A DNA stretch of 63,829 nucleotides, the filler included, from Folioceros fuciformis (taxonomy: Eukaryota): assembly GCA_049999805.1 (NCBI GenBank). It is 14 parts of 14 records of this genome, joined end to end, with 100 filler letters (N's around TTAATTAATTAA, not from the genome) between each part and the next. Parts side by side here need not be neighbours in the genome. Positions count along the whole stretch, not along the records: positions 11,368 to 14,988 come from JBNGIO010003255.1; positions 15,089 to 18,012 come from JBNGIO010003256.1; positions 18,113 to 24,366 come from JBNGIO010003257.1; 11 more parts are not named here. One strand, written 5' to 3'. How positions within the stretch are numbered: position 1 is the first letter of the stretch; each line of letters starts with the position of its first letter. The notes beneath the pieces were generated by a model that did not search any database, had not been told where the DNA came from, and saw only the letters and a program-made list of their open reading frames with translations. Below, piece after piece: positions 12,888-24,466 of the stretch. A program made the position numbers and the translations under genes.

Positions 12888-13529
12888 ACTGCGACACCTT
12901 CACTGACAACTTTTAAGATATCAGTCTGATGATGCTCCGTGTCATGCCATTGCAATGCTTTCCTATTCTCTAACAAGTGCAAACGCTGATTGACAACAAA
13001 AAACCTTTTATTCAATTGTTCAGTTTGCTACAAGCTTCTTGGTTACAATTGTTCATTGCAAAAACACTAAGTGCGTCATCGCTCATCAAGCTTTCTAAGC
13101 GAACTATCAAAAGAATGTTCGATCATTCTTTCTTCGTCCCTATATACCTACAACATACCGTTACTAACCACCTGAATGGTCATTTCTAAACCATTATCAA
13201 CTGTCTACAAAGTTATCCATAAAAAACCCTACTCTTCAACCGTTCCTTCGCGAGAACTTTTGCCTGCCAACTGTCTCTTTACTCAAAACGTAAGGGATTT
13301 TTCCTTTTTGCCAGCGTATTTGTCCTAAGCAAATAGCTTTTGTAGTTGCGACTTGCACAGAAAGTTCTCACATATGCAAAACTCTAACAGACTTTCTAAG
13401 TCATGACATAAGACGTATGCCACCAACAAAAGATGTAGGAGCAGTCTTTGCTTCCTCAAGTCCAAATTTAGATAAGTTTTCAACTCTATATTTGGTTTGC
13501 ATAATACTCAAGGTTTTTGTAGAGCCAAA

Positions 13530-14070
13530 AATGTATAACATGAAAGATATAGGTCAGCTCACACTTGTCCTTGGTATTCAACTTTTATGTGATAGGGAAA
13601 ACAGTACGTTGATTCTTCATCAGACCAAGTATGTGAATGAAACACTTCGTTGCTTCAACCTATCAGATGCAAAATTGGTTAGTACACAAGGCACAATAGG
13701 TCAGAAGGTATTTGTAGAGCAATCCCCACTTGATGATGAGGAAAAAGTAGCTATGAGTCAGATCCCTTTCCATCATGTAGTTGGTCGTTTGAACTACATA
13801 ATCTGCTGGACACGGCCAGATATTGAGCATGTCGTGAGCTCTGTTTCACAATATCTCGAGAATCTAGGCCAGGATCATTGGATGGCCATAAAGCGCATCC
13901 TTTGCTACTTGAAGGGGACTTCCACTTGTGGATTATGCTTCAACGAAGCTAGGCAGCCTGAAACTATTTAAGGATATGCCAATGTGGATTGGGCCACAAA
14001 TCCAGACCAATGTAGGAGCATCTCAGCCTATGGCTTTTTGCTTTTTGGTGCCACAGTTAATTATAGCTAA
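13530..14070 (+). mobile_element. Ty1/Copia RT/RNase H fragment
   Basis: MKDIGQLTLVLGIQ, LILHQTKYV, WTRPDI, HWMAIKRILCYLKGT, then GYANVDWA after a stop. Confidence 0.92.
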
Positions 14071-14074
14071 AGAA

Positions 14075-14910
14075 GCATTTGGTCAGTGGAGACCCCAGTT
14101 AGAAGCAGGGTGCTCCAACGGGCTGGGGCAGCCTAGTGGGCTGGCCAGTAGCAAGCTAGCGGGTAGCGGGATTCGGGAGGAAGGCAGGCCAGAAGGATGG
14201 GGTGGCTGGCAAGCTAGCCAGCTCTGTGCAAGCAGGCGGCGGCACATCAGCCAGGCCAGCTAGGCTGGGTGACGGGCCGGTCGGATCTGAAAGGGCTGTA
14301 GGTGATCGGACTATTGTACCCGGCTGGCTGGTAAGCGAACCTGTAGGCGGATCCAGGTAGGCCCTGGCCAGGTCACTAGACAGCCAGCCCGGCCTAGCAG
14401 CAGCAATAGTAGCAGGGTTAGGCCAGCGTGTCGTCTGATTGGCAGGCGGATTTAGCAGCTTGGCTGGCCGGATTTGGAAGGTGGGCAGCGACCAGGCTGT
14501 AGAATCCCACGCAGTGGCTGGGTGGGTGGGATCATGGCAGGCAGTCGGGTAGTCCAGGCTGGAGGCCATGAGGATCGAAGGCACTCCACGCTCTAGCTAA
14601 TCGGTTAGCAGGGTTGGCTGCGGCTAGTTGGGTTGGAGGTAGGCTGCGGCGCTGGATCTGCAGGCGTAGCAGGCCAGGACCGGATCCGGGATGGGGTCCC
14701 GGCTGGATTTGACGGGACGGCTAGCTGCAGGCGTAAGGGGCAGGTAGGCAGCCCGGCCCTCTAGTAGGCAGGCAGCTAGACCGGCCCGGCAACGGGAGTG
14801 GCTAGCCCAGCCTGGTCGAGCTGCAAGTAGGCAGCTAGCACACCCGGTCTGCTAGCAGCCCAGAGCGCAATAGGAGCAGCCAGCTCGCCGCTTGGCTGGC
14901 ATACGGATCC
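14075..14910. repeat. GC-rich, G-skewed low-complexity repeat (GGCTGG/GGCCAG/GGATCC/GCTAG motifs)
   Basis: Same motif vocabulary as 39320-39870, 46780-48915 and 62726-63829; no credible coding frame. Confidence 0.7.
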
Positions 14911-14988
14911 GAGAGGAAGAGAGAGGAAGAGAGGAGAAAACGAGAGGAAGAGAGGAGAAAACGAGAGGAAGAGAGGAGAAAACGAGAG
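14911..14988 (+). repeat. Purine-rich 21-bp tandem repeat (GAGAGGAAGAGAGGAGAAAAC)n
   Basis: At least 3 exact copies from 14921 running into the contig end. Confidence 0.95.
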
Positions 14989-16054
14989 NNNNNNNNNNNN
15001 NNNNNNNNNNNNNNNNNNNNNNNNNNNNNNNNTTAATTAATTAANNNNNNNNNNNNNNNNNNNNNNNNNNNNNNNNNNNNNNNNNNNNAATGCGCTATAA
15101 AAACTACCTAATCTGCAGGTAGATTATCAGAAACATTTTATATAAAATACAATGTCAAAAGAAAAAATTTAACAACACAAGATCTGGCCTGATGAATGGC
15201 CAACCGTCTGGACGGACACCAGTGGCAGCTTTGCCCTGCTAAGCGAATTCCACAAAACTAGAATCGCTGCAGGGGGCAAGGAGCATAAGCTGTAAGAAAT
15301 ACAATTGCTAAGCAACTTCATCAACATATAACTGAATGGATTACCAGAACTCAAAATCAACCTGTGCTTGCTCTTGAAGTAAGAGAATCCTTCAATACCT
15401 TGATTGAAGCACACTATCATGATCAGCGCCACTTGGTAATTGCCCTTCCACCTCGAAATCTTGATAATCTCCCAGAGGTGCGTGTTCATAGGGCTTTTGA
15501 TGGGAATGGTCATCATAGAGGCTTTTCTAACAACACATGTATCACCATCTACCAGTGTTGCACAATTAGTGAACATAATTGAATCACATCAGCAACATGT
15601 GGATACATGTTTTAGCAGCATTACACAAAAGATGTCTGCTACAAGTGTAGACTTGAGAGACTCACAAGAGCATATAGGTCATTTGGATTTCAAACTTTTT
15701 ACCTTGTTGAAGCCAGCCTTGCTTGCTAACCCTGTCCCTAGGGGTGTAGCCTGTAAGAACGCCAAGAAAACAAATAAGAATCATATGTTTGGAAGTCCAA
15801 ATTCATGTCCTTCTTGCTCTGTATGTGCTTTCAATAAGTGGAAGATTAAAAATCAAAGAATAATCAATAGAATACAACAACAGGAGTCAGTAGCTGTACC
15901 TGCAGCTGACAGAGTACCTATTGTTGTCAATATTCTTTGATTGTGCTACATGAGCATCATGTGTCTGAAGTCTTGAGTCTTTCTAACCCTTGCAACAGCC
16001 ATTATAGAATCTTAGTATTTTGGGAGTAGCTAACCCAAGATACAAAAGAGGAAA

Positions 16055-16555
16055 ATGGCAGCAGCAGATACCTCATCCAGTCTAGGTGGGGAAGGGTTCA
16101 AAGAGAAAGACAGGTTTGGTGGGCAAGATTACGATATATGGGTAATCAGAATGAGGGGAGCCCTGTAGAATAAGAAACTCTAGAAGGTAGTTATTGGGGA
16201 TGATAAGCCCCCAGTTGTCTCCACTCCATCCACAACTGCTGAAATAAAGGTACACGATGCATGGGATGCAAAAGATAAAGCAGCCATATTCCTCATCCGA
16301 AGTGGTCTTACCTCAGAGATGTTAAGAAAGACTTCGGGATGTACAAGTTCAACAGAAATCTGGTCCAGGCTTCAAGACCTGTATGCAAGCAGCAATCAGA
16401 CAAGTCAGATGATAGCTTTGCGAAATGTACAGCTTTGCAAAATGAAAGATGGAGAATCAATCGAAAAGCATCTTGGACATTTCAGAACACTTGTGTCCAG
16501 GCTGGAAAGTGCTTCAAATGAGGTTATAAAGGATGATACACTTACACTTCATTTC
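16055..16555 (+). mobile_element. Ty1/Copia gag N-terminal half (DUF4219/UBN2-like), decayed and interrupted by an LTR
   Basis: MAAADT...FGGQDYDIWVIRM..., WDAKDKAAIFLI, TSSTEIWSRLQDLY, KMKDGESIEKHL; two in-frame stops. Confidence 0.88.
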
Positions 16556-16786
16556 TGAGAAAATATGGAAATTGGTGTAGACCAATTGCTATAAAACAAT
16601 TACATTATTATATTGATTAAACAATAATTATATACAGCATAGACAAATAACTAAACTTAAGCTAGGTAGGGTGAATAGACACACCCTTTCATAAAGGACG
16701 TAACCCAAATGAACGGGCACCTAGACTTATAGTAGTTATGAACGCATTCACCAAACAAAACCTAATGTATTAACACCCTATTCTCA
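16556..16786 (-). mobile_element. Probable 3' LTR (about 220 bp) plus PPT of a minus-strand LTR element
   Basis: AT-rich TG...TTAACA block starting where gag homology stops; the adjacent 16776-16786 reads TGAGAATAGGG on the minus strand, followed by TGTTA. Confidence 0.55.
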
Positions 16787-17034
16787 TCACTCCCACTTGT
16801 TAATCATTATGGGGTCGGTTTGCCTCCCCTCCACTACGTTCAGAGTTGTGGAGACTGTGACTCCAGCTGAGAACCTCGCGATCCTTGTGTGTACTTTGGG
16901 GCGTAGGCTCAAGGTGGCGCTGCTGTGTGTGAAGGCGACTAGTCGTCTACAGGTTCGCACTTCTTGTAGTTGCTATTTACTTCCCATGCCTTCTGGCAAT
17001 AAAGCTTGTTGAGCGAAGGCTGAGGAAAGTAACA

Positions 17035-18012
17035 ATGGCGTCTTCAAGGTCTGATGATGCTCTAGCAGCCAAGCGGCGCACATACCAGCGGGACTCTGCA
17101 AGAAGGTTCATCACATCGCCTGTGGCTAGAACAACTGCCATCGAAGCACGGGCGGAAGAGCATCAACCTGCACAGCAGCCAGAGACACACACACAAGGAG
17201 GAGGAGCTAGAGGCGTTAGGAAACCGCGGGGGCGGCCGCGAGGCACTACCAGAGCAAGCTTGAGCCAGCGGCGCGACATCGCGACATCCGGACTCTCCGT
17301 CTCCCCTCCAAGCTTTCGTCTTTCAAGCATCAGAGGTGGGAAGACTGCTGGCCAAAGTACAGCAACTCCAGCAACACGTTCTTTAGGCGCTGTGGATGCG
17401 GGCAAAGGTTCAGGCACAGCACGAGGGAGGACGGCGGCTAGGACTGCCGAATCTTCGAGAGCCAGGGCTATGGGCGGCCTATCCAGGAGCCGCATTCCTG
17501 AGCTCGTGTACTCACGGGCTGTTGTGGAACAGAGGCGCTTCAATCGAGGTGAGTTCAAGTACGAAGGTGTTGACCAACGTCCTCCAGTTCCACCCAGATT
17601 TCCAGTTCCAAGCAACGTCATGTCAGAGACCAAGGTGATCACACCTAGTACTTAGGAAGTGCCAAGCAGCCCGCTGTGGTACAAGTGCCAAGTTTATGGC
17701 ATCACCATGAAGAGAGTGAGGGTTGAAATGTTTTTGGGGTGTAAAGGCCACATGATCAGCTTCTACAGTAAGCCTCTTGCTGATAGTAGCTTGTGGCTTA
17801 ATTGTTTCCTAACCCCCTGCTGATTATCATCACTTGTCTGACTTCGCTCCCATTGTCTCCTCACAGGGTCTGAAGAGCGATTGGAGGAGGAGCAAAGCTT
17901 GGAATCTAAAGACAGAATCTCCTACAAGGAGAGGAAGAAGAGACAGTCTCCTCATTCGGAGAATAAAGTCTTTTCCTCTGACACTGTGGAATATGCTTCA
18001 TGGGAGAAGCTT
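17035..18012 (+). CDS. Basic, disordered protein with an AT-hook (KPRGRPRG); one in-frame stop and one intron; 3'-truncated
   Basis: 206-aa ORF; the frame continues after TAG 17653 (EVPSSPLWYKCQVYG...). A GTAAGC...TCACAG intron at 17768-17866 splices in frame to RSEERLEEEQSLESKDR. Confidence 0.5.
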
Positions 18013-18112
18013 NNNNNNNNNNNNNNNNNNNNNNNNNNNNNNNNNNNNNNNNNNNNTTAATTAATTAANNNNNNNNNNNNNNNNNNNNNNNNNNNNNNNN
18101 NNNNNNNNNNNN

Positions 18113-18394
18113 AGCCCACGTCTTTCTTTTGGGAGTTTGTCAAGGAAATTTTATGACCATCTTCATGACTACTTTTCCCTTGAGGATCCCTCTAGTGGCT
18201 TTCCAAATCTTTTTCTTTTGGTGGTTGCGGTTGCGAGGGGGGAAATTCCTCCTCAAGTTTCAGAGGTTTTGGGAGCAAGTAGGTTGCTTGCCATAGAGAA
18301 GGCCACTCTTGGGGTGCGTTCCACAGCTGTGGGAGAGGCTTTCTTGTGTCTCATCAGTCGGAGTATTGCCATTCAGCTTCAAGATCATTTCCAA
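18113..18394 (+). mobile_element. CRE/SLACS-like non-LTR retrotransposon RT N-terminal fragment
   Basis: VARGEIPPQVSEVLGASRLLAIEKATLGVRSTAVGEAFLCLISR resembles the CRE-clade RLxALxK..GGIRPIAVGE..RRL motif. Confidence 0.7.
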
Positions 18395-20519
18395 TTTTAG
18401 ATAGTTGAAGCGGAAAGAAAGATGATTGTTTGTGGACTCGTTATATACAGCCCTGGTTAGCAGTTAAACCGTCTTAACTATTGTAACTATCTTAATAGTA
18501 TTTTATAACTGTTGAAACTACTTATGTAGCCCTAATTTGAACCGCACCCTAATGTATTTGCCCTCCGTTCCATCGACGCATCTTAAGTGGTAACAACACT
18601 CCCCCTCGCCGCGGACAAGCAGTGTGTGGAAGAGGCTTCAGTCTAGGGAGGATGTCTTCCTTGGCGCATGCTTGTGTGCAGTTTCTTTTGTGCGTTCTCT
18701 TTGGCCTGTGGTGGTTGCTTCAGCTCACGAGTTGCATCATCCACCTCATAAGTGAGGGAGTGGAGAGTCTCGAGCGAACCGAAGCTCCAAGACCCAAGTT
18801 GCGGAAGAAGAGGTGTGGAGCTGGTGTTGTGCCTAGACGTGTGCAGAAGGATAGAAGCGTGAGTAATGAGAGGTTCAAGATTGCTATTGGGCAGCCCCTG
18901 CCAGACGACTGATTATTGTTCTTTTGACGATGCTGCTCTTGCAAGTGCTCCCCCTGCCTCTGGCTGTTGGGCGGCCTCAAGATAAGTCTCCTTCTTGAGT
19001 TAGCCGAAACCTTGCGCGTGCTTGAAGTGGAGTTGCTTTGTGAGTCCCTTCGTCAAAAGGTCGGCTATGTTCTCAGTTGAACTCACGTACCTAACCTTTA
19101 CGTATTAGTTAGCCACCACTTGTCGGATGAATTGGTGTTGGATCTCCACGTGCTTCGTTCTTGCATGTAGAACAGGGTGTAACGTCATGGCGATGGCTGA
19201 TTGATTGTCGCACTGCAGCTCTGTGGGTTGTTCGTGATCTTCGTGTATATCGTGTAGGAACTGGCGGATCCAAAGTATTTCTTTTGCAGCCAGGGATGTG
19301 CCTGCTTACTCCGCGTCTGTTGATGACCGACATACTGGCTGCATTTTCTTGCATGCCCAGGAGACAACGCTTGTGTTTATCATCATGCAGTATGCGGAGG
19401 TAGGCTTGCGGGCGTTAGGGTCGCTTGCTCAGTCGGCATCTGAGAAGGAGGTCAATAGGCACTTCTGGGTACTGTAATCACCTCTATATGCTATGCCAAA
19501 TGACTTTGTTCCCTTTAGATAACGCAGGATTCTCTTCACGTAGGTCCAGTGGGCCATGCTGAGGTTCGATAGGTACCTCAATGCACGTTCACAGCTTGGG
19601 CGATGTTTGGTCTTGTCCAGATGGACAGGTAAGTAAATTTCCTACAGCCTCACTGTAGGGCACATTTGCCATCTCTTTTGTCTGCTCGGGTGTTGTTGGG
19701 CTATCTAAGGCTGATACCTTCTGTCCTGTGGGCATGGGAGTGGATACTAGTTTCGCATCTTTCAGGTTGAACCTGGTGAGGAGTTGCTCGACGTAGTGCT
19801 CCTAGTGCATGAAAAAGGAGTGCTCATCTGTGCTCCTCTTGAACTAGACTCCTAGGGCGTACCTTAGGGTGCCCATGTCCGCCACCTCATATTCTTTGGT
19901 GAGCAAATTCTTAACATGCTGGATCAACTGTGGGTCAGTACCAAAGATGCAATTATCCTCCACATACAAGGTAATGATGATGTACTTATCTTTGTCATTC
20001 CTTAGCATGTATACACTTGAGTTGGCTGAGAAGGGTGTGAACCCACATTTCTTGAGGTACAAGTCGACTGTCTCATTCTAGACTTCTGTTGATTGTTTGA
20101 GGCCGTAGAGTGATTTTAGCAGCTTGCAGACCCTTCGATGGTCCTTGACGAATCCAGGCAGCTGCAGCATGTATATTTCCTCATGTAGGGTTCCATACAA
20201 GAAAGCTGTTTTGATGTCGAACTGATGGATGTCGAGTTTGTGCTGTGTAGCGAAAGCCAAGAGGATCCTGATAGATGTTGCCTTTACCACTGGGCTGAAG
20301 AGCTTGCTCTCTTTATAGTCAAAGCCTGGGATTTGTGTAAATCCACGGGCTACTAGTCTTGCTTTGTGTCGTGAGACGCTTCCATCAAGATTTAGCTTTC
20401 TTGGGAAGGTCCATTTGCAAGAAATGGGCTTTCTGCCATGTGGTAGATGAGTAAGAATCCAAGTTTTGTTTGAGATGAGTGAATCGTACTCTGATTGAAC
20501 TGCGCCTTCCATTTAGGTA
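18395..20519 (-). mobile_element. Ty1/Copia 3' portion: RT-RNase H, PPT and 3' LTR
   Basis: KARLVARGFTQ, QFDIKTAFLYG, KSLYGLKQ, LYVED, CDNQSAIA...HARTKHVEI, NIADLLTKGL. PPT GGCGAGGGGGAG (18599-18610) is followed by TGTTG; the LTR left edge near 18395 is approximate. Confidence 0.92.
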
Positions 20520-23500
20520 TGCTGAGGGCTGAAAAACTTGCGGAAGCATATTTTACAAAGACAACATTTAATTAAGAAATAAGAGTTTAAGTAGCAAAAT
20601 TGTAAGGTGTCGGTTGGTTAGTTAACCTAACCCTAAACTGCATATTTAATCATGTTAGGGTTTCTACACCCCAACACTCCCACTAAACCTAACATGATTT
20701 AATGGAAGCCTAGCACCTGAGTCTCGAAAGACGGTACTGGCAACTTTGCTCTCAGCTCCAAGTCTCGAAAAAAATGAAGCGCGCAAGTAGCAGCAATGGT
20801 GGTGGTGGAGCTTCCTGACGCAGATGGAATCCAAAACGACAAGCAAACCAGGCAGCTCAACTTTCGGAAGAAATCCTCCCAATTGCAGCGCGAGAGTCGG
20901 CGCCAGCTCAACCAACTCGTTTGCCATGGAACCCTGGGATTGATTTGATATCCTCAGAGTCTTCATTGCTATCTACTCCTAGCATTACCACCATTGAGGC
21001 TGCGCTTAACACTGTTGTAGAGACAGATGAAGCTGATAGCACTCCACAGGTTACGACAAGAGCCATGGTGAACAGACTGATGGATCAATCAAGAGCGCTG
21101 ATTGAGACACTAAAGGAAGTGGAGGAACTCCTCACTGCAACGAGGGCAAAGGTGGATATGCATCTGGACAACTTAAGCAAACAATAGGCTGCCATGAGGA
21201 ACCAAGCTGCAGATCCCAAATCTCCCACTGGAGATAGAGCTCATGGTAAGCGTGACTGCTGTGCTTGCACTAATCGGAGCAAGATATGCGTTTTGTGTGG
21301 AAGGCTCCTCTGGAAGCTATAGCCCTCACAACTAACAACTATTTGTTCACGACTAAATAGGTAAGCTTAGGCTTCATCCACTGAACCAGACAGTTGTGAA
21401 CTGACAAAGGCAATATGTGTACTGTGTGGGAAGAAAGTAAGCCTGGGCCCTAAGCAAGTGACCTTCTAAAGACAGAGTAACACACAGGTTTCACCTAAAT
21501 GTGTGTGTAGGAAATAGGCACATGGACAGGATAGATTGGTGACACTTGTTTTTCCTTGCACATACAATTGCCAATAAAAGTCTGATGTGGATAGGCAAAC
21601 TCACGTAGGCCCAAGGCTGCCAGATGCTGAAAGTGTTTGCTCTTGGTCAGCCCTTTTGTAAAAATGTCTGCAGTGTTATCATGTGTGCTCACATACTCCA
21701 CTTTGATTGCACGTCTCTCAGCCACATCCCTGATATAGTGGTGATACAACTCAATATATTTTGTGCGGGCATGGAATCTAGGGTTAGAGACAAGTGCAAT
21801 GGCACTCATATTGTCGCACATTAACTTTGTAGGTCTTCATTGGGCTTGTTTAACAGATTCCAAGAACTGACGCTGCCACTCAGCTTCTTTGCAAGCATCA
21901 GTCAATGCCTTGTACTCCGCCTCTGTGGAAGAAAGTGCCAAGGAAGCCTGTTTCTTATAGCTCCAGCTAACGGCTCCAGAAGAGAAGATAAAACTGTAAG
22001 CTGACAAACTCCTTCTAGTGTCAGCATCCGAAGCCCAGTCAGCATCTGCAAATGAGGTAAGCTCCATGCTCTGTCTCCCACTTGCTGAGTATTGCAAACC
22101 ATAGTTAATGGTACACTTAAGGTATCTGTAGACACGTTTAACTACTGCCCAATGCAACCGACTAGGTTGCTTAAGAAATTGAGAGACCATGCTAATTGAG
22201 TAGCTGATGTCAGGACGAGTCCAGTTAGCCAAAAAGATAAGGCAGCCAACTGCCTCAGCATAAGGGACTGCGGCCATATCATCAATCTCAACTTGACTCT
22301 GAGGTGAGTGTTCAGCAGTCAACTTTACCCCCACTGACGAGGGAGTGGCAACAGATCTAGCGTCTTGTAGATTAAAGTGCTTGAGGATTTCTTTTAAGTT
22401 CTTGGTCTGATGTAAAGTAATCTGTCCAACTGTCCTATCTCGCAGAATCTGTATACCAAGACAGAACTGCAAATCCCCTTGATCTGTCATCTCAAACTCC
22501 TGTCTAAGCATTGCTTTAACCTTTTTGAGCTGTTCTATACTATTGCTGAGGAGAACACAATCGTCGACATAAAGAGCAAGTATGACGAAGAGAGTTCCAG
22601 CAACCAGAATGAACACATTACTGTCAAGATGAGACTGGAGAAAACCAAGCGTCTTGAGGTATTTCATTATGCACTTATACCAGGCTCTAGGAGATTGCTT
22701 TAAGCCATAAATTGTCTTGAGAAGCTTGCAAACTTTATTGACCAGTTTCTTATCGACGAAACCCTCAGGTTGTTCCATATACAAGCTTTCCTCGAGTTCA
22801 CCATGCAAGAAAGCAATACACACGTCCATCTGTTGGACCTCAAGATTGAACTCAGCAGCAAGAGCAAGCAGGATTCTAATTGAGGATGGCTTAACAACGA
22901 GGGAAAAAGTATCTCCATAGTCAATTCCAGGTATCTGACTAAAACCTCAAGTTACCAATTGAGACTTATATCTGGCAATAGTGCCATCAGATTTAAGTTT
23001 TGGTTTGAATACGCATTTGCAACTAATAGGTTTTCTCCCTAGTGGTAAATCCGCCAACTCCCAAGTGTTATTCTTTACAAGGGAGGAATATTCCTCATCA
23101 ATTGACGCACGCCATGTCTCACCATCAGGGCCGTTAATTGCCTCTTCATATGAGTGGGGGTCAGGACGCACATCAAGTACATGCAGACTCGTCACATTTA
23201 CCTGTGATCTTCAAAAGTCTTTTGACTGGTAAGGTGGTTCCTCCCCCTGATCCCTAGGTCTCCTTTCCCTGACAAGATACCTTGGCTCAAGAGGGAGTGG
23301 AGCAACAGGATCCTCATCTGGAATAGCCTGATCAGCTTCACCATCGGAGTTATGACCAGTGCCAAGGTCCTGCTCATCAGAATGTTCTGACATATTATCT
23401 TGTACCCTTCCAGGATCAGCCTCGAAGAGTCTAGGCTCTGGTAATTGATGCCTGTGAAGGTCCTTTTCATGATCTTCATCATCCTCCAGATCAGGTAAGT

Positions 23501-24366
23501 GATCCAACGACTCCCCGTCTGAATCTAGGTATTGACCAATAGGTGCTTGCATATGTACAGGAGCAGGTTGTTCCGGATCAACGACAGCAACCAGGTTATC
23601 TAGTAAAGAACCTGAGTCTTCTCCTGTATGATCAATCTCCATCAGTGAAGGTTTGGGACCCAAGCTCGGTGAAGTTAGTTCATCAAAGGTCACACTCCTA
23701 GCAAGCACAACACTCAAAGATTTCGGGTCAAACAGCCTATAAGCTTTAGACACCTCAGAATATCCCAGAAAGAGATAAGGTTTAGCCCTGTCATCTAACT
23801 TTCGTCGTCTCTATTTAGGTATGTAAGCAAAGGCCAAGGACCCAAAGACTCTCAGATGTAACAGACTGGGTTTCTTTTTCCAGAAAACCTCATAGTGAGT
23901 TCTTCCAGGAACTGCAATAGTGAGCACTCTGTTAAGGATATAGGCAGCAGTGGAGACGGCTTCAGCCCAGTACTTCTTAGGTAAGCCAGCCCATCCAAGC
24001 ATGCTCCTTGTCATTCCCAGTTGGCAGTTGTCTAACAATGCCATTAGCCTGAAAAGTGCATCATACTTGTGTCCAATGAATTCACCTCCATTGTTTGTTT
24101 TGAAACATGTCACCAGATGCCCTGTCTGACGCTGTACCATGGGAATCCATGCTTCAATGCATTCGAAGGCATCACTCTTTAACTTGAGTGGAAACACCCA
24201 TGTATAATGAGAAAAATCGTTCGTCAAGGTAAGGTAATATTCAACTCCTCCTAGTGATTTGACTTGCAAGTTTCCAACTATATCTACATGGATTAGTTCA
24301 AGAACTGACTGAACTCTTTGTGCTTGTCAACATGGTCTAACCTAGACGGGCGTATTCCACGAAGCC
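20520..24366 (-). mobile_element. Ty1/Copia element (integrase-RT-RNase H-3' LTR) nested in another Copia
   Basis: Integrase (NDFSHYTWV, NGGEF, WAEAVSTA), RT (YGLKQSPRAW, LYVDD), RNase H (ADADWA, SSTEAEY, CDN, ADIFTKGL). PPT TTTAGTGGGAG at 20677-20687; 157-bp LTR 20520-20676 (TGTTGG...TCAGCA). Confidence 0.95.
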
Positions 24367-24466
24367 NNNNNNNNNNNNNNNNNNNNNNNNNNNNNNNNNN
24401 NNNNNNNNNNTTAATTAATTAANNNNNNNNNNNNNNNNNNNNNNNNNNNNNNNNNNNNNNNNNNNN

